From the NCBI GenBank assembly GCA_964016885.1, contig OZ024740.1, forward strand, positions 320,230,001 through 320,294,000: DNA of 64,000 nt, in the 5' to 3' direction. The DNA comes from Eledone cirrhosa. Its lineage: Eukaryota. Of this stretch, positions 46,222 through 60,349 are shown one piece after another. The stretch's first letter is position 1; each line of letters begins with the position of its first letter. Position numbers and translations under genes: made by a program. The notes under the pieces are model-generated. The model saw only the letters and a program-made list of their open reading frames with translations. It did not search any database and was not told where the DNA came from.

Positions 46222-46855
46222 AATAAAGATTTTTGATGTATTGAAGGCTTCTTTGTCTATTTTTATAATATATATATATACATATATATAATGTTTAATA
46301 TAGAAATGGCTTCTACAAGAATAGAATTGTTTCATTCAAAAGAAGCCATTTCTATATTAAACATGATGTTCACACTCTACTAATGTATTGAGTACCTTAC
46401 TTATACATACATACACACACGCACACACACAAACACACACACACGCACTCACACACGCACACATACATATATATATTTATATATCGCCAACGGGCTTACA
46501 CCTATCGGTGTACTATAACTTATTCCACTTTCTCTTCGGTTACTTTACATACATGTGCCATTGTCATGTGTCCCAACTTATATCGGTATGTTTACTTCGT
46601 TTTTTCCTCTTTTCCTCATGGCCTCTTGATGGATAAAATGCTATGAGCGCGCTACAGATCGATGTTTTGTTTTAAGCGCCGGAACATCTATGATCTGTAG
46701 TAAACAGCTGATGAAGGGATACTTTTCTTCTCTTGTTTTGTCCCGTTTACCTGCTAACACTTCGTTTTCAGTAACCACACAGCCTAGCTCTTCACTTGTA
46801 ACGGCGATGAATTAGTTTTGTGAGGTTTTTTATATGAAATCGTGTGTCGAAACAA

Positions 46856-47462
<607 letters not shown>

Positions 47463-48390
47463 ATAATAATAAATTTGAAGACTAAAATCCAAAGAGGGCT
47501 CGATAAGGATAAATATATATCAAATATATAAGAACCGTAGAGCAAATATTTATTAAAATAACAGATTAAAGTTTAAGCAAAGAATCGCTGCTTTCACCCT
47601 TAACGGGATCTTCTGAAACTAACAAAGTCAATCTGTAAACGCAGAAGTGGATATTTCAAAAAACGTTGCAACCGGAGGAAGACAGGAAGACGATACTTTG
47701 GTTCGTGGAAACGTTCGCTATGCAAATGAGTAATGGTATAAACAAAACATATACTTAGCTCCTACATCAAGACGTAAAATATCCACGTATAGATCGTACT
47801 ATCCGTTAGGGTATAACGTGGGGCTGTAATACAGAAAAGTTTTGTGCAATTTATGTTTACAAGCCGAAATATATATATATTGGAAAATGTGAAAAATCCT
47901 TGCTACAGTTAGGTATATTTAAAAAAATGACTTCACTTGTAGTTCTAAACAATTTGATTTCAATTTTATATTAGGAAATTATGAGTTGGTAGATCTAGTA
48001 AGTTCTTTGTTAACTTCGGTGGGAAGATTTTTTAAAGATTCCTGGTTAACTTTCCTAGAGAACTTTCTCACATTCGTTGGTGGCGATTGTCAAACTGATC
48101 TCAGTTCAAAAGCGGTATACATTTTCTGTTTTCTTCTTTGAGAAATTTATGTGGATACATCCCGGCAACCCCAGCAAATGTTTTAAAATGTTCTGAATCA
48201 AATTTACCAATAGTTAATTTGAAAAATTCTTGAAATAACATGAAAAACTTAAGAAATATTAAATTGTCTTAATAAAGCACACGACTTCTATAAGAGAAAC
48301 ACATTTTTTTATTTACAACAATAATTTCTATAGAATCAAAAACATAATGTGAACACTGAACACTGAATATTGAACATTATTTTTCCATAA

Positions 48391-48580
48391 GGCGGTGGAT
48401 TGGCAGTATCGGTAGAGGGTCGGGTACCATGCTTTGACGCATAGAGTTATGGCCCTTGCCATTCTGAGTTCAAATACCGCCGAGGTTAACTTTGCCTTTC
48501 ATCCTTATGGGGTCGATAAAATAAAGTACCAGTAATACACTGGGTAATTGCTGGCCTTGTGCCAAAAGTAGAAACAATTA
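48391..48580 (+). mobile_element. tRNA-derived SINE (octopus-type) with 15-bp target-site duplication
   Basis: ATTATTTTTCCATAA at 48376..48390 and 48577..48591. Confidence 0.9.
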
Positions 48581-48930
48581 TTTTTCCATAAGAGAGGATT
48601 TAGTGGCAGTTGGGTATGTTTTACGGTTTTCGCTAACGATCTGTAAAACAAATTGTTTCTTAGTTTCATCTTTTGTGAGGATGTTATTGTAATCCTGAAT
48701 GACACCTCTTTCTGCAACATCATTCACAACAACTGTCTTCTCAAGTTTTTCAAGTCCACTTTTGTAACCAGGATCATCCTTCCATGTTGAAGGGTCTTTG
48801 TCGAGGAAGTCGGTGCTGATAGAAAATCTCGTGAAGAAAGTTTTTGTATCAGGAGTTAGAAAAGACGAAAACTCGATGTTTGTAAAGGAAGAAAAGTCAT
48901 TTTGGTGCAAAATGTACCTCTTCAGTTGAT
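48578..48930 (-). pseudogene. C-terminal fragment of a DNA transposase (probably hAT-related)
   Basis: FL..DPSTW..Y..VVNDVAERGV..N..LTKDE..KQFVLQIV..R motif; superfamily assigned from memory; TAGGGT termini at ~49708 and ~50052 nearby. Confidence 0.55.
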
Positions 48931-49361
48931 TTTTTTCTTCTTCCTCTTCTTCCCCTTTGTCTGCTTTCAGCATAACATCAGCAATATTTGCCTTAACCTC
49001 TCCTTGCTCTCCTTGCTCATAGCTCTCTTTGCTCTCCTTTTATCCTTGCTTTCCTTTCCTCATTGCTCTCTTTGCTCTCCTTTGCTCATTGCTCTCCTTC
49101 CCCTCCTTTTTTCATGCTCTCCTTACTCTCCTTTTATCCTTGCTCTCCTTGCTCTTCTTTTATCCTTGCACTCCTTGCTCTACTTTTCTCATTGCTCTAC
49201 TTGCTCTCATTTTGTCCTTGATCCCCTTGCTCTCCCTTTCTCCTTGTATCTATATACTTGTTTATATACAAATACAATGGGAAAAGGGAAACAAGGAGCA
49301 ATATGAAAGCAAGGATATAAGGAGAGTATATATACACATATCATATATATATGTATATATG

Positions 49362-49449
<88 letters not shown>

Positions 49450-49517
49450 CACATATATATATGATATATGTTATAGAATACTATTAGCTTCTCGCTAAAA
49501 CATTCTCTATACCTTTC

Positions 49518-49650
<133 letters not shown>

Positions 49651-50376
49651 CTCAATACTGAGTACGCATTTCTCTCAGCTGTCAACCAGATAGGAATATA
49701 TGTATATTAGGGTATTTTCCGAAAGTTAAATTTTGCTGCTCCCACAGTGAAAAATAGGTTTTCCCTATACATGCGCTCTGTCCCCAGATTTGCAAGTTGC
49801 CTTCCCCGTTATATTTATTGTCACTTATCCTTCTAATACCACGAATAAGTCTGAACAAGTTTTTAATTTAAGAGAAAAGGATATAAGAAATAAAAAAAAT
49901 TTATCTGTAAAAATGACTTTCCGGGAGAAAACTTCAAAAATTCACGGTCGATTAGCTTGAGCTAAGGTTTCGCATTCGTTTTTGGTTAATTGGAACAAGA
50001 TAGGGGAATGGGAGCTAAACTTTTAGAAAGTTTAAAAATAAGGGCCACCCTAATATATATATAACAACTAGTTATCGCTCTACATGGCTGAATACAATAA
50101 ATGTAATCTGAGTTTTTCGAATATAAATAATAATATTCGATTCGTTTGCAATGATGCAAACAGCTTCTTTTGTAAACCATGTCAGTAGAATGAACCCCTC
50201 ATTCTTGCTCTTGTGTTGGCATGCAAACAGAACTGCAGACACTAATGTTTCTGGGTTTGCATGCCAACACAAGAGCGAGAATGAGGGGCTCATTCTACTG
50301 ACATGGCTTATAAACGAGGCTGCATCACTGCAAACGAATCGAATATTATTACTAATATTCAAAAAACTCAGATTAC

Positions 50377-50462
<86 letters not shown>

Positions 50463-51016
50463 ATCCCGGGTTCAATCGGGGGTAACTACAGTAAGTAAGG
50501 TACTCAATACATAACAGTGTATAAATATTTAATATAGAAATGGCTTCTACAGGACTAGAACTGTTTCATTCGGAGGAAATCACCAAGAAAGCTTTGCTGA
50601 TGATTTCCTCCGAATGAAACAGTTCTAGTTCTGCAGAGGCCATTTCTGAATTATATATATACCATACTTAGAACCCTGCTAGATAATAGAAGTTACAGGT
50701 CGAAACACTTGCTTGAGCTTGAAAGGGTTTCTTCTTTGAAGACGTTCTGCTGTCCAGCTCTCCTGAGAAGAGTTTCTTATCGCTATATTTATGTATGATA
50801 TCTGGTATTCCTTGCTGTTCTGTCATCCAATATATAATACTTATATGATATATCACATATGTTATAACTTTGATATCTAGTGCGACTATGATATCCAACA
50901 TCTGATATAACCCATATATATGTTTTTCATGCTGATGGCCAGGTACAAATATTCACATTGTACATTAATCACGTTAATCTTACCACTGAGATGGCTTGAA
51001 AAGATTATGAGAGCGT

Positions 51017-51047
<31 letters not shown>

Positions 51048-51120
51048 CTATCTCTATCTATCTCTCTCTCTCTCTATCTCTATCTATCTATCTATCTATC
51101 TCTCTCTCTCTATCTCTCTC

Positions 51121-51241
<121 letters not shown>

Positions 51242-51242
51242 G

Positions 51243-52409
<1,167 letters not shown>

Positions 52410-52436
52410 AAAAAATAGAGGTGTAACACACGAGTT

Positions 52437-55400
52437 GTGATATATTAGTAAAAGGAAAAGAAAATGCTGACACATTTTTCCCAATAAAATAGTTTAATTA
52501 GGAATAAGTATAAATTAGTAATAGTATTGGTTAGTATTCAGTTTTAGTTTTAAATGTTTACCGGTTGCGCATTTCTAATGCTTTTCAAAAATAATTTTTA
52601 GATAGAGCGCCCGTGATGTTTGCTCTAATCTGATTAGTTTTGGAAATTCTTCCTGTTTTATGTGAAAAAAGTGGCTCCAGAGGTATTAAGATTTGGTTGG
52701 TTGTTGAATGTCACGTGAATAAGTACTATACATTTCGCGCCAATTCGTGTTGCAAAAATTCTTGTAGTCAAAATAATTTTGATTGGTCGGTAGAGGTCAC
52801 GTGAATGTTGATGAATCATTAACCAGAAATAGAAGCAACTACACCCCATCAAAAGGTAGAAATAAAATCCTGGACGAATTTTACGAATACATCACAAACT
52901 TCCCTTACCAAAACTTGCACAGACAAAAACACAAGCCAAACCTCAACAAGAAAGAATGGGAAGAATTAAATAGATTAAAAACCGACAGAACTATTACAAT
53001 TAAAGAGGCTGATAAAGGGAGTACAGTAGTCCTAATGGAGACAGAATTCTATATCAACTTAGCGCTCTCCACTTTGGAAAACGAAACATACTACGAAAAG
53101 GCTGAACACTACAATCAACAGAAAATTATGAGAGACCTAAAAACTCTGATCAACCAATACAAAGAAGGACTCATTAACAAGGAATTCAGCTTCATCACAG
53201 ACTTCACAAGTAAATCCAGCTTTTTCTACGGTATCCCTAAAGTACATAAAAGCGAATTAATAAGTAAGGTATGCAAGGAAGCCACAGACATAGTCATCAA
53301 TGTCCTCTCACCCAATGATCTCAAATTAAGACCTATAATAGCAGGCCCCGCTTGCGAAACCCACCGCCTTAGTAACTTCATTGATACTCTTCTCAAGCCT
53401 TTTCTCAAACACATCAAAAGCTTTATAAGGGACGACCTAGATATGCTCAATCACCTCCCTAATATGCCCCTTTCTGAACAAACCCTACTAGTGACGTTCG
53501 ATGTAGTCAACCTATACTCCAACATCCCCCACAACCTAGGAATAGAAGCTATCCAATTCTGGCTGGATAATTACCACAATGAACTCCCACAACGCATCAA
53601 AAAAGAATTCATGATAGAAAGACTCAAATTTATCTTGGAGAACAATTACTTCGTTTTCAATAACAAATCCTACAGGCAGAAATATGGGACCGCTATGGGA
53701 ACGAAAACAGTCCCCACTTATGCCAAACTAGTCATGGGATACCTGGAAATCACCCTCTTCACTAAAGTACTAAACAAATTTGGAAACACTCTCCACTTAC
53801 ACATAGAAAAGAACTGGAAGCGATATCTAGATGACTGCTTCATCCTTTTGCACGAAACATCGAGAAACTTAAAGAATTTCACACCCCTATAAATGGGATC
53901 AACACGAATATTAACTTTACGATAGAATACAGCCATCAACAACTCCCCTTCCTCGACATCCTCATTAAGATCCATAACAAAAAAACAGAAACAGACATAT
54001 ACTACCAGCCCACAGACTCCAAGCAATATCTTCCTTTCAACTCTTGCCACCCTAGACACGTTAAAATTAATATTCCCTACAACTTAGCCAAGAGAATCTG
54101 TACTATAGTCTCCAATAAAAATACCTGTTACTTACGGCTACAAGAACTAAAGGACACACTCATAGGCAGGGACTACCCTGCATCACTAACTGACAATGGA
54201 ATCCAACGTGCCCTAAAACTCAGTACCCAGGACCTTAGACACCCTAAAGTAAATCAACCGAAACTAAAAGCTCTTCCATACATCTCCACACACAACCCCC
54301 TCAACAATGAGGCCTTTGACACCATCCTCCAGAACATCCGTGTTAAAAAAGGACCATAGAATGAAACAAATCCTTCGAACACACGATATCATAAAGAGCA
54401 AAAGACAATCTAAGTCAATGAAAAACATCCTAACACATGCCAAAGTACTGCCAACCACAACAACGAAACCCACAGTAAAAAAAATGCGATAGACCCAACT
54501 GTGGCATATGCATCAACCTAATAGAGGGTTCGGAATTCTATTTCAAAGAAGGACAACGTATTATAGTAAAACACAATTTCACATGCGCATCAGAAAATCT
54601 AATATATGTATTAACTTGCTCAGGTTGTCGAGAACAATACATAGGCCAGACTAAAAACAGCCTCCGCCAACGCATGACTGTCCATAGATCCCAAATTAAA
54701 ATACGGGAATACAGGAAAATACCACTGAGTGAACACATTGATACCTGTGCTGCCCAAAATCATCCCAACTTTAGAATCTTTCCCCTCTACAAATTTAAAG
54801 ATAATGCCACCCACACCCAGCGCATCAGCAAGGAATCTCACTTTATTAACAAATACGGACCCCATCTAAACACTTCTCCCTAAGACGAACGCACAACATA
54901 CACACGTCAACATACATACCTACATCAGCATACATCCTACATACATTTCTATCCACATATAAACACAATGACATACGTAAACACACATGTTCTATGGTGC
55001 AACACAAATATACACAAATTTGCATACCTTTTGAGGTTTATAGATGTAAACGTGCCGATACACACACAGACATATACGCACACATGCATTGCACATTGAT
55101 GGGCACATACATATTTGTACACAAGTATTCCCATACGGCAGGGCCTAATGGATTCCCCTTGCAGTACGTACAATCTGGACACTCACACACACCTTGGTGT
55201 TATAACAATACTATACATCATTTCACCCCTTTTATTACTGATGTTTTTGATGTTCTTTTGAGAGAATCGTTTTTGCAAATTACTGAAAATATCGAATAAT
55301 GTACACCATTTTTACCACTATCACAAAAATACTGGTCCATCCACACACACACACACACACATACACACATATACACACATACACACATACACACACACAC

Positions 55401-55689
55401 ATACATACACGTACACTAACATACAAACAGACATACACACACACACTTCTCTGTATAAGACAAGAGCTGATAAATATCTTTCAACATGTTAAAATATCCC
55501 CCACACACGTACACACACATTCCTACTGACCGATTTCATTCCCTCTACCACGAAAACTCTGCTACATACACACACACACACACACACACACATTTGTCTT
55601 AATAGACACCTGAACTGTTGACCTTTCAACATGACTGCAACTCACACACACATCCCTATTGACCATTATCACAGGAATGAACCTCTTTA

Positions 55690-55763
<74 letters not shown>

Positions 55764-56217
55764 TTGTCTTAATAGACATTTTTCAGTGACTTCTCAATCA
55801 GGCGAAAAAGGACACTCTTCGACAAACCTACATTTGGCGCAAAATCAATTTTTAACATTCACGTGACCTCTACCGACCAATCAAAATTGTTTTGACTACA
55901 AGAATTTTTGCAACACGAATTGGCGCGAAATGTATAGTACTTATTCACGTGACATTCAACAACCAACCAAATCATAATACATCTGGAGCCTCTTTTTTCA
56001 CATAAAACAGTAAGAATTTCCAAAACTAATTAGATTAGAGCAAACATCACGGGCGCCCTATCTCAAAATTATTTTTGAAAAGCATTAGAAATACGCAACC
56101 GGTAAAAACTTAAAACTAAAACTGAATACTAACCAATACTTATTACTAATTTATACTTATTCCTAATTAAACTATTTTTCACAGGGAAAAATGTGTCAGT
56201 ATTTTCTTTTCCTTTTA

Positions 56218-56222
<5 letters not shown>
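52437..56222 (+). mobile_element. 5'-truncated Penelope-like element (Neptune-type) with inverted pseudo-LTR, inserted in (TA)n
   Basis: 52442..52809 is the reverse complement of 55853..56222; RT and GIY-YIG coding sequence between. Confidence 0.92.
52810..54883 (+). pseudogene. Penelope-like RT plus GIY-YIG, several frameshifts
   Basis: ADKGSTVV, IPKVHK, RPIIAGP, FDVVNLYSNI, GTAMG, RYLDD; later CASENLIYVLTCSGCREQYIGQT; homologous to 31741..33980. Confidence 0.92.
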
Positions 56223-56292
<70 letters not shown>

Positions 56293-56423
56293 GTGAGGTT
56301 TTTTTTACAAAATGAAAAATAACCGAGGTGTCCTATACGAGTGAAAGTATAAAGAAAAAGAGATGAAATCGAAAATGCAACTGGAGTCTTATTTTTTTTA
56401 GAAATATATTTATTTATTTTGTT

Positions 56424-56461
56424 CCTTTACCGGTTTCGCAGTTCTTCTGCTTTTCAAAAGG
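56424..56461 (-). ncRNA. Minimal hammerhead ribozyme, U3-A8 core variant
   Basis: cctt TTGAAAA gcag-aagaa-ctgc GAAA ccgg TA aagg. Confidence 0.7.
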
Positions 56462-56755
56462 TGAGTTGAGATGGAGGGTCTGTGGTTTTTCTCACATCTG
56501 AATGTTACTATGGAAAAAGTGGCTCGAAATGCCAGGTTTTTCGAGAAGTAATTTGATTGGTTTGTCAATAATTATAATAAATTTCGCGCCAGTTCGCGTT
56601 ACAATAGTTCTTCAAATAAGAGGGGGGTTGTCACAGGTTGCTTTTTTTCATATATGAGTGTTTGAATTTCTTTTTTTCTCAGTTTCCTTGACTTCTATGC
56701 ATGTTCACATACATATATATATGTGTGTGTGTATATATGTATGCATGTGTATGTG

Positions 56756-56786
<31 letters not shown>

Positions 56787-56944
56787 TATGTATGTATTAT
56801 GTATTTATGAATGGATGGATGAATGGATGGATAAATGTGTACAGAATAAATTATAATTGTCAGAACAATTATACATACACACACATTGTAGTTATGGTCG
56901 TCACCTTGTCAGACTGACAACAACAACAACAACAAATGATAATA

Positions 56945-57136
56945 ATAATAATTGTTTCTACTTTAGCACAAGGCCAGCAATTTGAAGGGGAGAGGGAAAG
57001 TCGATTAAATCGATCCAGTACATTACTGGTGCTTTATTTTATCGACCCCGTAAGGATGAAAAGCAACACTAGCCTCGGCAGGATTTGAACTCAGAACGCG
57101 AAGCAGGGTGTCCGATGCTCTACCGATTCTGCCAAT
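56945..57136 (-). mobile_element. tRNA-derived SINE (octopus-type)
   Basis: Same body as 19096..19282. Confidence 0.82.
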
Positions 57137-58167
57137 AAAATACATAAATAATTAAATTCTATTATTGTTTCCCATTATCATCAATGAAGAACACCACTTC
57201 CCCTCTCTTATCAGCCAATTTCCACTCTGCCGTCTCTCATCAACGCCATGCCAGCATAGTTCCGGTATCCGACAGATATTGAGTTTGAAATCAAAGCTGG
57301 TTTGCAGATGACTTGTTTCCATAGTTGAACTGCCTCTCGTCTTGGTTGGCGGTTTGAACCCCGTAACAATACAATGACGTAACAAGCCAACCATTACAAA
57401 CAATACCACTTCTAAAGCATTTCTACCACAACATGGCTGAATTTATAACCCATCTCTCACCAGCCATCATGCAACGCTGAAGAATTACAGAGAAACTATA
57501 ACGGTGTCTTTTTATCTTTGATTCGATAAAACTATGGATAGCAATAATCGACATTTATTCAACGATTTAAATACTCCAATTTTACTGTATATAATTACTG
57601 GTTCATTAAAGTAGTATATTAGGAGGCCGTGAAATATAATGCGTGCGGTAATAGTTCCGACTCTTTGTGCTTTAAGGTCAAACATTGCTGAGTCCAATTT
57701 TGCCTTTCGCCTTTTCAGGATCGATAAATAAAGTACTAGTCAGGTATTGGGGCCGATTTATCTCCTTCCCTTTTTTCTGTTTCTCCTACTCACAAATCGG
57801 TTGTTACATGACGGTCCCAAGAAAGGAGCATTTACATCAATCGTTTCATCACTACAATCAGAAAGATTGGGTCATTTTGTGTCACTGTGGGTCATTTGGG
57901 TCATTAGGGGTCATAGTGGAACAAAAATGTTGGTGGTGATAATTGGGCATTATGGGTCAGCTTCTTATTGTAATGAACAATTTTACATCGACATCTGCAC
58001 GAAAACATATATGGGTGGGATATCGATGGAGTGAGTGAGTATTTTGGGAGGAAATGTTTGACGTGGGATCTAGCAAGTGGAGAGGATAATAAATGCTTAT
58101 GTCTATATATCGTTCTTTCTTGGTGTTTTAGCTGTAGAAGATATGCAGTGCCCATACTCTTTAAAGT

Positions 58168-58620
58168 GGAGGCGCGTGACCTAGTGGTACGGGTGTTGGA
58201 CTTATGATCATAATTGTTTCTACTTTAGGCACAAGGCCAGCAATTATTACCCAGTGCATTACTGGTACTTTATTTTATCGACCCCGTAAAGATGAAAGGC
58301 AAAGTCAACCTCGGCGGGATTTGAACTCAGATCGTAAAGGGACGTAACTATGCTGGAAAGCATGGCGTCCGACCCTCTACCGATATGATCATAATGCCAT
58401 GGGTTCGATTCCTGGGCTGGGTTTGTGTTGTGTTCTTGAGCAAAACACTTCACTGAGTATACTCAGCTGAAAATTAGTACCAGCAATAGCTGAGAGTTTA
58501 ACCCTGCGATAGACTGGCATCCTTTACAGGGTAAGTCTTGTACTTTCAGTCGCTTCACGCTACGAAACTTGGATAAGCGCCTGTCTAACGAGCCTCCTGG
58601 TTTGAGACAGACCTTAGACT
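58168..58620 (+). mobile_element. SINE of the second family carrying a nested minus-strand SINE (58211..58384)
   Basis: A-box before and B-box after the insert; duplication TATGATCATAAT on both sides. Confidence 0.8.
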
Positions 58621-59800
58621 AAATTTAGATATCTTTTAAAGATCTTTATTTGCTGTTAATGTCGAAGCGGAAGATGATCAGCTTGACTTGCTGAAGTTCG
58701 ACATCGGAAATAAAAACATGAGTTTGGAGAGATTTGTAGGTGTTAGTGTTGGCACCGAGAAGTGAGACACAGTAAGGACGGTAGGAGTACAGGTGGGTGT
58801 AATAAATGTTTTTTTGGTAGTGCTGCTAAACATTTTAAGAAGGGAAATTTGGCCAGGTTTCCATCGCTGGAAGAAGTTGTTGAAGAAGTTGAGTTACGAC
58901 AACAATACAGACGCACCTTCAGCAGCTGTTGAATGCCTTGGATGGATATTTCTCTGTGAGAAATTTGGAGGCTTACGACCATTGAATAAGGGACCTGTTT
59001 CTGTTTCAGCTAAGTGACGTGCCTGATGGAAGTCATTTGAAAGAGGAAATCATTGACATGATAAAGCTGCAAAAATGGTTTTTGAAGTGAATTGCAGAAT
59101 TTCTGGGCATCACAAGTTGCAACATTCCCAAGCAGTTCCAAGAAAGCACTTAGTGTACTTGATCCGTGTGTAACAACCTATCTTTGTGAAGCAGGATTTT
59201 CAACTCTTTTTCATATCAAAAGCAAGTTTCGAAACCACCCCGCTACTCAGCATCACATGCATCTCACTTCAGCAAAACGGAACCCCGTATTTCAAACATA
59301 ATTAGGCCACCTCCGTACTCACCACCATCGGCACAGTGTAGGATACCCTCAGTTGTGAGCCTCGCGAGCTGGAATGGCTTTTCTAGCGCATTTGCCTCAC
59401 CACTCGCCGGGGAAACGTCTTTTCTATTCTGTCCGCCGGGACCGCGGGGCGACCAGCACGGGGGGCCCCCATTTGCTCATAATAGTGAGATACCGAGGCA
59501 GAAACTGTGGGAGTTTGATTCCTTTGTTGGATTCCTTCGGACCGGGTTTATATGTATGTTTCACAGACACACACTCACACTGAAAAGAAGCAACAACAGA
59601 AGTCATATTAAAGATTAAAATATTTTAATTTGTATTTATCAATCATCGTAGTTAATTAATTAAATAGTAACAGCTAAGTAGCTGATAATTTGACCTGAAA
59701 ATTCAAGTTCTTTTGTTTTGTGTTAAGTCTAGGGCTGTGAGATGGAATTTCAAAATCTTAAGGGGTGCTGCGATAGAAAAATGTTAAGAACCACTACTGT
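58620..59800 (+). pseudogene. Decayed hAT (Charlie/Buster-like) transposase C-terminus and right end
   Basis: FW..FP..KKAL..TTYLCEAGFS..IKSKFRN; terminal GTTAAGAACCACTACTG resembles a Charlie-type TIR. Confidence 0.75.
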
Positions 59801-60004
59801 AGAGTAAAGAATTCTTGTATTTCGTAGAACTGTTCAGGAATGAAGCATTTTATGGAAGGCTGGGGGGGGGGGGCATTTTTGTTAGGTGCTCTTTTTGAGT
59901 AAAAGGGTGTAGCAGTCTAAGCATGATTGGTTGATATAGTAGTCAAGGTGTGTTGATGTTGAATGAAATGTTATTATGTCTCCATTAGAGTGTGGTGTTC
60001 CGAG

Positions 60005-60212
60005 GGCGGTGGATTGGCAGAATCGGTAGAGCGTTGGTCAACATGTTTTGCGGTATTTTCTACGTTCTCAGTGCAAATCCCACAAAGGTCAACTTTTCCT
60101 TTGTTTCTGCCGAGTCGATCAAGTAAAGTACCAGTTACATACTAGGTAGATATAATCGACTTTTTCTTTCCCCACTAGTGTTTAGCCTTGTGCCTAGATT
60201 AGAAATAATTAT
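60005..60212 (+). mobile_element. Diverged tRNA-derived SINE (octopus-type)
   Basis: GGCGGTGGATTGGCAGAATCGGTAGAGC head, AAGTACCAG body, CCTTGTGCCTA..AGAAA tail. Confidence 0.75.
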
Positions 60213-60349
60213 AGTGTGATGTTCTATTGTGTTTATGTGTTTCAGGATGTCTGTATGCATACATTTATATGTATAATATATCGGTGCGCATATGTACAGT
60301 TGGATCGGGAGACCGCATGTATGATCAAGTTGTAGCAAATGAGAGGAAT

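Larger units (their letters stand above)
42420..46265 (+). mobile_element. 5'-truncated Penelope-like element, Naiad-type, with long AT-rich 3' region and terminal hammerhead
   Basis: GLYRDD (~42445), NFLDVTL, SNHP, FNPPF, CNC..CPLNGHC..IVY..YIG, CNLCILE..LNRKSE..CPH; hammerhead and AATAAA before (TA)n. Confidence 0.8.

Noticed and set aside
52437-56222. DNA transposon with 370-bp terminal inverted repeats
   Set aside because: The interior encodes Penelope RT and GIY-YIG; the inversion is the usual inverted pseudo-LTR
59300-59520. GC/CpG-rich patch near the hAT right end
   Set aside because: No ORF, fold or second copy found to support a function
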